Made by a program: the position numbers and the translations under genes. From Anaeromyxobacteraceae bacterium (GTDB lineage: Bacteria > Myxococcota > Myxococcia > Myxococcales > Anaeromyxobacteraceae): a stretch of DNA of 64,000 nucleotides. Where the stretch lies: NCBI GenBank assembly GCA_032654565.1, contig JAULAX010000002.1:32001-96000 (forward strand), read 5' to 3'. Below are positions 1 through 12,051 of this stretch, piece by piece. The notes under the pieces were generated by a model. That model saw only the letters and a list, made by a program, of their open reading frames with translations. It made no database searches and had not been told where the DNA came from. The number at the start of each line of letters is the position of its first letter. The stretch's first letter is position 1.

Positions 1-1
1 G

Positions 2-280
2 CTCCGCTTCCTGCTGGTGCAGGCCAGCAGCGACCTGATCGGCTACGCGGCGCCGGCCGCCTTGCCCCCGGCGGTGGTGGACGAGACCGCCGCCTTCCCC
101 TCGCTCAACCGGACCCTCTACCGGACCACGCTGGGCGTGCGCATGACCGCCTTCGCCACCACCATGGCGCTCGAGGCCACCTACTTCGGCGGCAGCCGCG
201 CCAAGGCCGGCGGCGGCTACCCGGAGTACCGGCTGCAGTCCTCCCTGGCCGGCGCCTTCAAGGCCGGCTTCGAGTTCTAG
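2..280 (+). CDS. 3' end of a gene running in from the left edge; probable outer-membrane beta-barrel protein
   Basis: Frame open from the window start; ends in an amphipathic strand with terminal Phe (GAFKAGFEF), the BamA-type signature. Confidence 0.55.
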   Translation, partial: LRFLLVQASSDLIGYAAPAALPPAVVDETAAFPSLNRTLYRTTLGVRMTAFATTMALEATYFGGSRAKAGGGYPEYRLQSSLAGAFKAGFEF

Positions 281-1074
281 CGGCTCCCGGAGACCCCACC
301 GGCCCGCGCCGCCTCGACGGCGCGCCGCGCCGCCCCCGGATCGTTGCAGACCAGCCCGGCCACGCCGGCGGCGGTGAGGCGCGCCAGGTCGCCGGGCTCG
401 TCGACGGTCCAGACGTTGACCGCCCGGCCGCCGGCCCGCCAGGCCGCCAGCCGCGCCGGCGTGCAGAGGGCCCGGGCGGGGTGGAGCGCCGAGGGGCGCA
501 GCCAGGCCGCCGCCAGCGGGATCCGCAGCAGCCGGTGCCAGGCCGGCTCGAAGAGGAGCCCGGTGGCGACGCCCGGCGCCGCGGCCCGGAAGGCCGCCAG
601 CAGCGCGAAGTCGAAGGAGGAGACGATGACCCGTGGCCCGGCGCCCGCGTCGGCGATCACCGCGGCCACCGCGGCGGCCAGCCCCGCGGCCCGGGCGCCC
701 CGGGCCGCCTTCAGCTCGACGTTGACGACGGCCCCGGGGAGCGCCTCGAAGACCTCGCGGAGCAGGGGGATCCGCTCGCCGGCGAACCGCGCCCCCTTCC
801 AGGCGCCGGCGTCGAGCCGCCGCAGCGCCGCCAGCGACGACTCCGCCACCAGCAGCCGCTCGCCGCAGGTCCGCGCCGTGTCCTCGTCGTGGATCACCAC
901 CAGCTCGCCGCCGGCGCAGCCCCGCACGTCCAGCTCGACCCCGTCGGCCCCCTCCGACATGGCCCGGGTGAAGGCGGCCAGGGTGTTCTCCGGGGCGCTG
1001 GCCGACGCCCCCCGGTGGCCGAGGATCAGGGGTCGGTCGGGTCGGCGGGGGGCGGCGACGAAGGGGAAGGACAT
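277..1074 (-). CDS. Glycerophosphodiester phosphodiesterase family protein
   Basis: ILGHRGAS, PENTLAAF, GVELDV, VIHD, NVELK and WTVD motifs of the GDPD family. Confidence 0.92.
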   Translation of the reverse strand: MSFPFVAAPRRPDRPLILGHRGASASAPENTLAAFTRAMSEGADGVELDVRGCAGGELVVIHDEDTARTCGERLLVAESSLAALRRLDAGAWKGARFAGERIPLLREVFEALPGAVVNVELKAARGARAAGLAAAVAAVIADAGAGPRVIVSSFDFALLAAFRAAAPGVATGLLFEPAWHRLLRIPLAAAWLRPSALHPARALCTPARLAAWRAGGRAVNVWTVDEPGDLARLTAAGVAGLVCNDPGAARRAVEAARAGGVSGSR

Positions 1075-1175
1075 GGGGTCGGGGCGCGAGGATGGCGTCT
1101 GGCGCCCGCGGGAGCGCGCGACTATGCTACCCCGCCGCGAGCCGCCGGAGTGGCCACGATGGGTGGGAGTGAACC

Positions 1176-1370
1176 ATGGGAACGGGTGAACTGGTCGTCG
1201 TCCTGATCGTCGTCCTGCTGGTGTTCGGGGCCAACAAGATCCCGGCGCTGGGAGACGGCCTCGGCAAGGCGATCCGCAACTTCAAGAAGAGCGCCAGCGA
1301 GGACCCGGCCATCGACGTGACCCCGAAGAAGCCGGCCCCGCCGGCCTCGCCGGGCGAGCCGCCGCGCTAG
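1176..1370 (+). CDS. tatA: Twin-arginine translocase TatA/TatE subunit
   Basis: N-terminal TM helix, FG hinge, amphipathic helix [18 protein letters not shown]. Confidence 0.92.
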   Translation: MGTGELVVVLIVVLLVFGANKIPALGDGLGKAIRNFKKSASEDPAIDVTPKKPAPPASPGEPPR

Positions 1371-1402
1371 GGCGCCGCGGCCACCGCCAGGGACGAGCGC
1401 CG

Positions 1403-2182
1403 TCAGCCGGCCGCGCCGGACTTGGCGCGCGCCAGCCGGGCCGCGGTGGCGCGCAGCAGCGGGTGGACGGTGGCGTCGCGACCCACCTCGGCCAGCTCGG
1501 CGGCCGGCAGCACCGCCACCAGCTTGAGCGCCACCGCCGGCTCGGCGTAGGGATTCCGCACCAGCGCCAGCATCACCGCCGGCCGGGTCCGCCAGCGGCG
1601 GGACTCGGCCAGCAGCCGCAGCGTCTCCGGGCGCATGGGCCGGCGCGCCGCGATGCGGACCGCGAAGGCCTCGGTGAGGAGCGGGTTGCGCAGCAGCTCG
1701 CGCACCACCGACGGCTCCCCCTCGGCGGCCAGCCGCGCCAGCAGGTCGGGGTCGCGGTGGGTCCGGGCCATGGTCTTCTTGTGACCGAGCGTCACGTTGG
1801 CGAGCGGCGAGGCGGCGTGATCCCGCGGCGGCACCCAGGCCTTGTGGGCCGGCGGCGCGACCAGCAGGCTGGAGACCTCGAGCAGGTCCTGCGCGGTGGC
1901 CACCGCGTAGACCTCGGCGAGGTGGTCGTAGAGGAGCGCGGCGTCCGGCCCCACCAGCGCCTGCCCCACCGCGGCCATGGCCGCCCGGGCCTCCGGCGCG
2001 GCGCTCCGGGCCAGCACCGCCACCAGGCGGACCGCGGCCTCGGCCGGCATCGCGGCCAGGGCCCGGGCCGCCGCGCCCGACCGCACCGGCCCCTCCTCCA
2101 GCGCCGCCAGCCTCCGGGTCAGCGCCCTCACCCGCGCCGCGCTCACGTCCGCGGCGGCGTCGCCCGCGGCTGGCACGGTCAC
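1403..2182 (-). CDS. Hypothetical helical-repeat (HEAT/leucine-rich-variant-like) protein
   Basis: Repeated LLRNP/LVRNP helical motifs; 4-bp overlap with the upstream zinc-ribbon gene. Confidence 0.7.
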   Translation of the reverse strand: MTVPAAGDAAADVSAARVRALTRRLAALEEGPVRSGAAARALAAMPAEAAVRLVAVLARSAAPEARAAMAAVGQALVGPDAALLYDHLAEVYAVATAQDLLEVSSLLVAPPAHKAWVPPRDHAASPLANVTLGHKKTMARTHRDPDLLARLAAEGEPSVVRELLRNPLLTEAFAVRIAARRPMRPETLRLLAESRRWRTRPAVMLALVRNPYAEPAVALKLVAVLPAAELAEVGRDATVHPLLRATAARLARAKSGAAG

Positions 2183-3690
2183 CGGCCGGCCTCGCCCGCC
2201 AGCGGCCGGATCCGCAGCGAGGCCCCGGCCAGGTCGGAGGGGTAGTCGATGAAGGCGACCAGGAACGGGGCGGTGCCGCCCGGCGCCAGCCTGGCCCCCT
2301 CCGGCGGGGCGGCGTCGGCCAGCGCCCGGGCGAGGGCGGCGGCGTCGACGGCGGCGTGCAGCGCCTCCGGGCCGGGCCCGGCGCCCACCGGCGCCTCGCC
2401 GCGGGCCAGGACGGCGCCGTCGCGCACCACCTCGACCAGCACCCGCACCCCCGCCAGCGGCGTGGTCGCGCCGGAGACCACCGTGCCGCGGACGAAGAGG
2501 AGCGGCGCGCCGACGGCCCGCTCGTAGAGGCCGCTGGTCACGCCGGTGGCCGAGAGCTCCCCCGCCACCGGTCGGGGAGCCAGCGCCGCCAGGATGGCCG
2601 AGGGGCGCAGCGCGTCGGCCGGGGCCAGGCCTCCGCGCCAGACCACCAGGATGGCCAGGGCCAGCAGCAGCAGCGCGGCCAGCGCCATGGCGCTCACCAG
2701 GACGTCCCTGATCCTGAAGGCGGGCGAGGCGACCGCCGGCTCCTCCTCCGGGGCGGCCGGCGGCGGCGGCAGGCCGGCGCGGCGCGGCTCCTCCACCGCC
2801 AGGGGATCAGCGGCCACCGCCGCGGCCCCGAAGGGATCGAGCTGGAGGGGCGGCTCGTCCTCGACGGCGCCCCTCGGCGACGGCTCGTGCCCGGCGCCGC
2901 CGGTCCCTGGCGCGGGCGCCGGACTGCCGACCACCCCCTCGTCCAGCGCCGCCAGGCCGTGGTCGAGCGGCGGCATGGCTCCGAAGGGATCCTCGGTGGC
3001 GCTGATCACCGGCATGGGGGCCGGGCCGGAGGGGACCGTGAGCCGCCTCGCCGGCGGCGTGGTCAACTCCTCGAGCGAGAGCAGCCCGCTGGTGCCCGGC
3101 GCCGAGACCATGGGAGCCGGCGGCGGGTCGAGCGGCCCGAAGCCGTCGAGCGGGTCGGGGGCGCCCGGACCAGACCCGCCGAAGGGATCGAAGTCGGCGT
3201 CGCCCGCGAGGGACGGGGCCGCGGTGGCGGGCGGGGGCGATGGGGAGGGTCCCGGGGAGGGGGCGGCGAAGGGATCGGCCTCCAGTGACCCACCCCGTGC
3301 GGTGTAGAACGGGTCGGGCTCGGGCACGGCAGCCGCGGCTGCGGCCGGAGTCGCGGCCGGGGGTGCCGGCGCCGCCGGGGCGAAGGGATCGGCCGGCGAG
3401 TGAGGCGTGCCGAGGTGCGGCTCCAGGTCGACCTCGAACGCCGCGCGCGCGTCGAGCGTGGTCCGGCGGGGGAGCGGCGGCGGGGCGGCCCGGGGCGCTT
3501 GCGCCTCGGCCACCGGGAAAGGATCGGCGGCGGGGAAGGGATCGGCGGCGGGCGGCGGCGGCCCGTCGTCGGGGCGCTGGACCGTGAAGACGGTCTGGCA
3601 CTTCGAGCAGCGCAGCTTGGCGCCACGAGTGCCGACCTTCTCGTCGGCGACGCGGAACTTGGCGGAGCAACCGGTGCAGACGACGATCAT
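2179..3690 (-). CDS. Zinc-ribbon (MJ0042 finger-like) membrane protein with Pro/DPF-rich linker, TM helix and C-terminal periplasmic domain
   Basis: [12 protein letters not shown]...[10 protein letters not shown] ribbon; ATG at 3690; hydrophobic segment [15 protein letters not shown]. Confidence 0.85.
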   Translation of the reverse strand: MIVVCTGCSAKFRVADEKVGTRGAKLRCSKCQTVFTVQRPDDGPPPPAADPFPAADPFPVAEAQAPRAAPPPLPRRTTLDARAAFEVDLEPHLGTPHSPADPFAPAAPAPPAATPAAAAAAVPEPDPFYTARGGSLEADPFAAPSPGPSPSPPPATAAPSLAGDADFDPFGGSGPGAPDPLDGFGPLDPPPAPMVSAPGTSGLLSLEELTTPPARRLTVPSGPAPMPVISATEDPFGAMPPLDHGLAALDEGVVGSPAPAPGTGGAGHEPSPRGAVEDEPPLQLDPFGAAAVAADPLAVEEPRRAGLPPPPAAPEEEPAVASPAFRIRDVLVSAMALAALLLLALAILVVWRGGLAPADALRPSAILAALAPRPVAGELSATGVTSGLYERAVGAPLLFVRGTVVSGATTPLAGVRVLVEVVRDGAVLARGEAPVGAGPGPEALHAAVDAAALARALADAAPPEGARLAPGGTAPFLVAFIDYPSDLAGASLRIRPLAGEAGR

Positions 3691-3731
3691 TGCGGAACCG
3701 TAGGTTGGATCGAGACTACACCCCGAAACGC

Positions 3732-3774
3732 TTGACACCAAGCGCCATCGCCAGAACAATCCCTTGCGTTGCAG
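3732..3774 (+). promoter_or_regulatory. Sigma70-type promoter of phaR with overlapping putative PhaR box
   Basis: TTGACA-17 bp-AACAAT at 3732-3760, followed by TGCGTTGCA (TGC-N3-GCA) at 3765-3773. Confidence 0.5.
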
Positions 3775-3800
3775 GCACTTGGATCCTTTCGGGAGAAGCG

Positions 3801-4397
3801 ATGACCGACGAGCAGGAGACCACCGCCGAACCCGCGCCTTCCGGCACCGAGCCGAAGGTGATCAAGCGTTACACCAACCGGAAGCTCTACGACACCGTGG
3901 AGTCACGGTACGTGACCCTCGACGAGATCGCCGAGATGATCAAGGCGGGCGGCGAGGTGAAGGTGATCGACAACCGGACCAAGGACGACCTCACGGCCGT
4001 GACCCTGGCCCAGATCATCTTCGAGGAGGAGAAGAAGAGCGCCCGCACCAGCATGAAGACGCTGCTGGGGCTGATCCGCCAGGGCGGCGAGGTGGCGCAG
4101 CAGATGGTGGGCGGCGCCGGCGGCGACCTGCGCGAGCGGGTCGACGGGCTGCGCAAGGAGGCGGAGCAGCGGGTCCAGCACCTGCTGGCCCGTGGCCAGC
4201 AGACCGGCGAGAAGGCCCGCGAGCTGGTGACCGCGTCGCAGGAGGCGCTCTCGGGGCTGCAGAAGCGGATCGACGAGCGCGTGCGCAGCGCCGCCGAGGG
4301 GATCCACAACCTCCCCGAGGTGAAGCGCCAGCTCGAGGACATCGCCAAGCGGATCGAGTCGCTGGAGAAGAAGCTCGACGAGCAGGACCGGAAGTAA
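3801..4397 (+). CDS. phaR: PhaR-type polyhydroxyalkanoate synthesis regulator (N-terminal DNA-binding domain) with phasin-like helical C-terminus
   Basis: [20 protein letters not shown]...[11 protein letters not shown] signature; GGGAG-type RBS before ATG 3801. Confidence 0.85.
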   Translation: MTDEQETTAEPAPSGTEPKVIKRYTNRKLYDTVESRYVTLDEIAEMIKAGGEVKVIDNRTKDDLTAVTLAQIIFEEEKKSARTSMKTLLGLIRQGGEVAQQMVGGAGGDLRERVDGLRKEAEQRVQHLLARGQQTGEKARELVTASQEALSGLQKRIDERVRSAAEGIHNLPEVKRQLEDIAKRIESLEKKLDEQDRK

Positions 4398-4481
4398 CCG
4401 GCCGCGCCGGCGGTCGCGTCGCGGTGGAGGCCTCCCGCCGGCTCCAGCGCGGCGAGGGGTCCGGCTCGGAGGCGGCCCGGC

Positions 4482-4859
4482 CTACGACCCGGGCTGCGGC
4501 GACGGCTCCGACGGCGTCGGCTCGGACGGCGGCGGCGGCGGCGACGGGTCGGCGGGCGCGGCCGCCTCGGACTGCGCCAGCCGGGTGTTGAGCCCGTCGA
4601 CCTGAGCCTCCAGCTCGCTGAGCCGCTGGCGCATGGTCCGCAGCTCCTCGGCGGTGGGGAGGTTGGCGGCGTGGAGCGCCGCCTGCACGCCCGACTCGAC
4701 GGTGGCGCGGGCCGCGGCGGCGGCGGCCAGCAGCTCCTGCAGGCCGTGGGTGACCCGCTCGTCGGTGAGCAGCTTGCCCACCACCCGGGTGGCCCGCTCC
4801 TCGCCCGAGGCGATCACCTGCTTCACGACCGGGTGCTTCAGGACATCGTCGAAGAGCAT
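4482..4859 (-). CDS. Small coiled-coil, phasin/granule-associated-like protein
   Basis: ANLPTAEELRTMRQRLSELEAQVD resembles the LPT/S-x-D/E coiled-coil tail of phasin-like proteins; next to phaR. Confidence 0.55.
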   Translation of the reverse strand: MLFDDVLKHPVVKQVIASGEERATRVVGKLLTDERVTHGLQELLAAAAAARATVESGVQAALHAANLPTAEELRTMRQRLSELEAQVDGLNTRLAQSEAAAPADPSPPPPPSEPTPSEPSPQPGS

Positions 4860-4897
4860 GGTGGACTTGTCCCCTTCCCCCCCCTAGCCTGTCAAGC

Positions 4898-5845
4898 GTG
4901 GCGCTCCACCCTCACCTCGACCACCGCCTGGTCGTCGTCACCGGGAAGGGTGGCACCGGCAAGTCGACGCTGGCCGCCGCGCTGGCCCTGCTGGCGGCCG
5001 CCGCCGGCAAGCGGGTGCTGGTGGCCGAGGTCAACGCCGCCGAGCGGGTGGCCCCGCTGCTGGGCGCCCCCCCGGCCGGGCCCGTCATCCGCGAGGCCCG
5101 CCCCGGGATCTTCACCGTCAACGTGACGCCGCCGGCGGCGCTGCGCGAGTACGGCCTGCAGGTGGTGAAGCTCCGGGCCATCTACGACGCCGTCTTCGAG
5201 AACCGGGTGGTCCGCCACTTCCTGCGGGTGGTCCCCGGCCTCGGCGAGCTGGTCATGCTCGGCAAGATCCTCCACGAGGCGCGCGCCGAGGAGCGCGGCC
5301 GGCCGCGCTGGGACCAGGTGATCATCGACGCCCCGGCCACCGGCCACGCCGTCCAGCTCCTGCGCGTGCCCGGCGCCATGCTCGGCATGGTGCCGCCCGG
5401 GCCGCTCCGCGCCGACGCCCGCTGGATGCAGGCCTGGCTGGTCGACCCGGCCCGCACCGCCGCGGTGCTGGTGACCCTGCCGGAGGAGATGCCGGTCACC
5501 GAGGCCATCGAGCTCGACGCCCAGCTGCGGGAGCGGGTCGGCCTGGCGCCGGCGGCGGTGGTGGTGAACGCCATGCCCTCGCCGCGCTTCACCCCCGGGC
5601 AGGCGGTCCGGCTCGCCCCGCTCTCGGCGGCGCCCTCGCCGGTGGGGCCGGCGGCCACCGCGGCCCGGCTCCACGCCGTGCGCAGCGCGGCGGCGGAGCG
5701 CGAGCTGCGGCGGCTGCGGGCGGCGCTGCCCATCCCCACCGCGCTCCTGCCGCTGCTGGCCACGGCCGGCTGGGGGCTGGCCGAGGTGGAGCGGCTGGCC
5801 GCGGCGCTGGCCGCCACCGGGGAGGGCTCGCCGTGGCAGGCCTGA
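4898..5845 (+). CDS. ArsA/Get3-family (SIMIBI) ATPase, subunit A
   Basis: Deviant Walker A GKGGTGKST; switch II DAPATGH. Confidence 0.88.
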   Translation: MALHPHLDHRLVVVTGKGGTGKSTLAAALALLAAAAGKRVLVAEVNAAERVAPLLGAPPAGPVIREARPGIFTVNVTPPAALREYGLQVVKLRAIYDAVFENRVVRHFLRVVPGLGELVMLGKILHEARAEERGRPRWDQVIIDAPATGHAVQLLRVPGAMLGMVPPGPLRADARWMQAWLVDPARTAAVLVTLPEEMPVTEAIELDAQLRERVGLAPAAVVVNAMPSPRFTPGQAVRLAPLSAAPSPVGPAATAARLHAVRSAAAERELRRLRAALPIPTALLPLLATAGWGLAEVERLAAALAATGEGSPWQA

Positions 5846-6975
5846 GCGCTGCCATCAGCGGCCGGCGGGTGCTGGTCTGCGTCGGCGCCGGCGGCGTCGG
5901 CAAGACCTCGGTGGCCGCGGCGCTGGGGCTGGCCCGCGCCCTGGAGGGGGGCAAGGTGCTGGTCTGCACCATCGACCCGGCGCGGCGGCTGGCCACGGCG
6001 CTCGGACTGGACGCCCTGGGCAACGCCGAGACCCGGGTGCCGGACGAGGCCTTCGCCGCCGCCGGCCTGCGCCCGCGCGGCCAGCTCTTCGCCATGATGC
6101 TCGACGTCAAGCGGACCTGGGACGACCTGGTGACCCGCCACGCCCCCACCCCGGAGCGGCGGGACCGCATCCTCCGCAACCGGCTCTACCAGCAGATGTC
6201 GGCGGCGCTGGCCGGCTCGCAGGAGTACATGGCCACCGAGAAGCTCTACGAGCTGGCCACCGACCGCGACTACGACCTGATCGTCCTCGACACCCCGCCC
6301 ACCGCCAACGCCCTCGACTTCCTCGACGCCCCGGACCGGATCCTCGACTTCCTCGGCGACGACCAGGCCCCGCTGCTGCTCTCCCCGGCCCGCGGGGCCC
6401 GGCTCGGCTTCCGCCTGGCCCAGCTGGGCGGCAGCCTGGTGGTGAAGACCCTGGCCCGCTTCACCGGCGGTGACATGCTCCACGACCTGGGGGACTTCCT
6501 GGCCAGCTTCCACGGCATGTACGAGGGGTTCAAGGCCCGGGCCGCCGCGGTCCACGAGCTGCTGGCCCGGCCCACCACCGGCTTCGTGCTGGTCTCCAGC
6601 GCCAGCCCGCGGGCGGTGGCCGAGGCCCGCTCGCTCCACGACCGGCTGGTGGCCGAGGGGATGCCCATCGCCGGCGCCGTCGCCAACCGGGTCACGGCGC
6701 CGCTCTGGCCGACCGGCCGGCCGCGGCCGGGCCCGGGCGAGCTGGCCGCGGCGCTGGGCGCGGACGACGCCGGGCTGGCCCCGGGGCTGGCGCTGGCGCT
6801 CGAGGAGCACGAGCGGATGGCGGCCGCCGACGCCGGCGCCCTGGCCGGCCTGCTGGCGTTGGCGCCCGGGGCCCACGCCGTGGTGCCCCGCATGGAGGAG
6901 GACGTCCACGACCTGGCCGGCCTGGCGGCGCTGGCCGAGCGGCTGCTCCACACCGGCCCCCCGCCCGCGGTATGA
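5833..6975 (+). CDS. ArsA/Get3-family ATPase, subunit B
   Basis: GAGGVGKTS, TIDPARRLA, LDTPPT; overlaps subunit A. Confidence 0.88.
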   Translation: MAGLSAAISGRRVLVCVGAGGVGKTSVAAALGLARALEGGKVLVCTIDPARRLATALGLDALGNAETRVPDEAFAAAGLRPRGQLFAMMLDVKRTWDDLVTRHAPTPERRDRILRNRLYQQMSAALAGSQEYMATEKLYELATDRDYDLIVLDTPPTANALDFLDAPDRILDFLGDDQAPLLLSPARGARLGFRLAQLGGSLVVKTLARFTGGDMLHDLGDFLASFHGMYEGFKARAAAVHELLARPTTGFVLVSSASPRAVAEARSLHDRLVAEGMPIAGAVANRVTAPLWPTGRPRPGPGELAAALGADDAGLAPGLALALEEHERMAAADAGALAGLLALAPGAHAVVPRMEEDVHDLAGLAALAERLLHTGPPPAV

Positions 6976-6988
6976 CTCGGCGGCCCCC

Positions 6989-8218
6989 ATGACACCGCCT
7001 CCTGCCCCGCTCCGCTCCGCCCCGGCCCCGTCGCCGCGGCTGCTGGCCGCGCTGCTCCTCTCCGGGCTGCTGGCCGGCTGCGCCGCGGCCCGGCCGTCGC
7101 CGACCGCGGCCGGGAGCTGCCCGTCCTGCCCGCCCGGCGAGGGTGCGACGGCGGCCGCCGCGGGTCCCACCCGGCTGGCCTACGACCCCGAGCGCATCGA
7201 GGTGACGCCGGCCGACCTGGAGCTGGCCGGGAAGAACGACGAGGAGCTCTTCGCCATCGGCCAGGCCGCCTTCGCCGCCCGCGACTTCGAGCGGGCCGCC
7301 GCCGCCTTCGACCGGGTGGTCGACCTCCACCCCGGCTCCAGGCACCAGGCGGTGGCCCTCGCCAACGGCGGCGTGGCCCACGAGCGGCTGCAGCGGTGGC
7401 GGCTGGCCCTGGAGCGCTTCCGAACCCTGGAGCGCCGCTTCACCGGCCACGAGGCGCTGGAGGCGGCCTTCCGCATCGCCGAGTGCCACTACCACCTCGA
7501 CGAGCTGCCGGAGGCCGCCGCGGTGCTGGGGCGGCTGGCGGCCCGCGGCGACCTGCCCACCGGCGAGCACATCCGCGCCCTCACCCAGCTCGGCATCGTC
7601 GAGTTCGAGGGCGGCCAGCTGGACGAGGCGGAGCGCCACCTGCGGCTGGCGGTCTCGGCCTGGAAGGCGGGGAGCGAGCCGGAGCGGCTCGACGACTACC
7701 ACCCGGCGCAGGCCCAGCACTACCTGGGCGAGGTCTACCGGGCCCACTTCCTGGCGGTCCGCCTCGATCCCTCGCGGCGCGACGAGGCCCAGCTGGCCGG
7801 GGACCTGGAGAACAAGGCCTCGCTGCTGCTCTCGGCGCAGGGCCACTACCTGCGGGCCATCCGCATGGGGAACGGCGACTGGGCGGTGGCCTCCGGCTAC
7901 CGCATCGGCGAGCTCTACGACGCGCTCCACGCCGCGCTGGTGGAGGCCCCGGTGCCGGCCGGGCTGGACGCCGAGCACGCCGCCGCCTACCGCGTCGAGC
8001 TGAAGCGGAAGGTCCGGGTGCTGGTGGTCAAGGCCATCACCATCTACGAGCAGACGCTGGCGGTGGCCGGCCGGGCCCGGGTGGAGAACAACCGCTTCGT
8101 GGCCGAGACCCAGGCCTCGCTCGACCGGATGAAGCAGGCGCTGCGCGAGGTGCCGGCCGACGACGGTCCCGCCGTCGAGCCGGCCCTCCCCGCCGACGCC
8201 ACGCCCGACAAGGGGTAG
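6989..8218 (+). CDS. TPR-repeat lipoprotein
   Basis: Lipobox LLAGC; repeated TPR-like helices (ELFAIGQAAF, AAFRIAECHY, AQHYLGEVY, SGYRIGELY). Confidence 0.8.
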   Translation: MTPPPAPLRSAPAPSPRLLAALLLSGLLAGCAAARPSPTAAGSCPSCPPGEGATAAAAGPTRLAYDPERIEVTPADLELAGKNDEELFAIGQAAFAARDFERAAAAFDRVVDLHPGSRHQAVALANGGVAHERLQRWRLALERFRTLERRFTGHEALEAAFRIAECHYHLDELPEAAAVLGRLAARGDLPTGEHIRALTQLGIVEFEGGQLDEAERHLRLAVSAWKAGSEPERLDDYHPAQAQHYLGEVYRAHFLAVRLDPSRRDEAQLAGDLENKASLLLSAQGHYLRAIRMGNGDWAVASGYRIGELYDALHAALVEAPVPAGLDAEHAAAYRVELKRKVRVLVVKAITIYEQTLAVAGRARVENNRFVAETQASLDRMKQALREVPADDGPAVEPALPADATPDKG

Positions 8219-8273
8219 CGCGCCTCCCCGCGGCACCCCGCAGGACCCGCGGCCCCGCCAGGGCCGGGTGCGG

Positions 8274-10082
<1,809 letters not shown>

Positions 10083-10206
10083 TGGGGGGCGAATGTACCG
10101 GAACTTCCCGCCGGCGGAAGCCCCGCGTGGTGCGCCCCCGTCCGTTGTCCGTGATCACGGAGACTCGTCCGTGCCGGGGAGGTGGTCGCTCCATTCGACT
10201 TCAGGC

Positions 10207-11591
<1,385 letters not shown>

Positions 11592-11592
11592 C

Positions 11593-11705
11593 CGCGTCGG
11601 CCCGTCGCGTCGGCCAATCGCGTCGGCGACGGCTTCTGGTGTCGCCGACGCAAACTATCTCCTGCCCAGTCGCGTCGGCTCCAGCTTCTGGCGGAGCCGA
11701 CGCAA
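11593..11705. repeat. REP-like twin hairpins with 52-bp period plus partial arms
   Basis: GCGTCGGCGAC-ggcttctggt-GTCGCCGACGC (11620-11651) and GCGTCGGCTCC-agcttctggc-GGAGCCGACGC (11672-11703); extra CGCGTCGGCC arms at 11593 and 11606. Confidence 0.75.
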
Positions 11706-11783
11706 GGCATCTTCTACCCGGGATCACCCGGGCTCTTTTCCTGTCTTTTCAGGCCCTTGGCTTTCTCTGGGGTCTGCGATCTT

Positions 11784-11827
11784 TTGTCACTTGAACAGGT
11801 GACAAGTCCCTCCCGGGCTGCGACAAT
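11784..11827 (+). promoter_or_regulatory. Palindromic operator overlapping a putative sigma70 promoter
   Basis: TTGTCAC-N8-GTGACAA at 11784-11805; GTGACA-17 bp-GACAAT. Confidence 0.45.
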
Positions 11828-11860
11828 CTGCTCCAGCACTCCCTCCCCCCGGGAATCTCC

Positions 11861-11938
11861 ATGCGCCACCGTCACCGCCTCTCTCCGTTCGCGCTCGCCG
11901 CCGCCGTCACCGCCCTGGTGTTGCTCCTCGTCACCTGA
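11861..11938 (+). CDS. 25-aa signal-peptide/TM-like small ORF or gene remnant
   Basis: MRHRHRLSPFALAAAVTALVLLLVT*: basic N-region then hydrophobic core, downstream of the putative promoter; below the ORF-track cut-off. Confidence 0.35.
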   Translation: MRHRHRLSPFALAAAVTALVLLLVT

Positions 11939-12051
11939 GGACGGCGCGGGACGGCGACCGGGCCGCTGCGTTCCCGGCCGACGGCGGCCCTGGTGTCACC
12001 ACGGGTCCGGCCGAGCCGCCGGGATCCGTGGCTCCCGCTGGCGCACGCCGA

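Noticed and set aside
4898..6975. Arsenic-resistance operon
   Set aside because: No arsB/acr3/arsC/arsR/arsD nearby and the proteins lack an evident metalloid-binding Cys cluster
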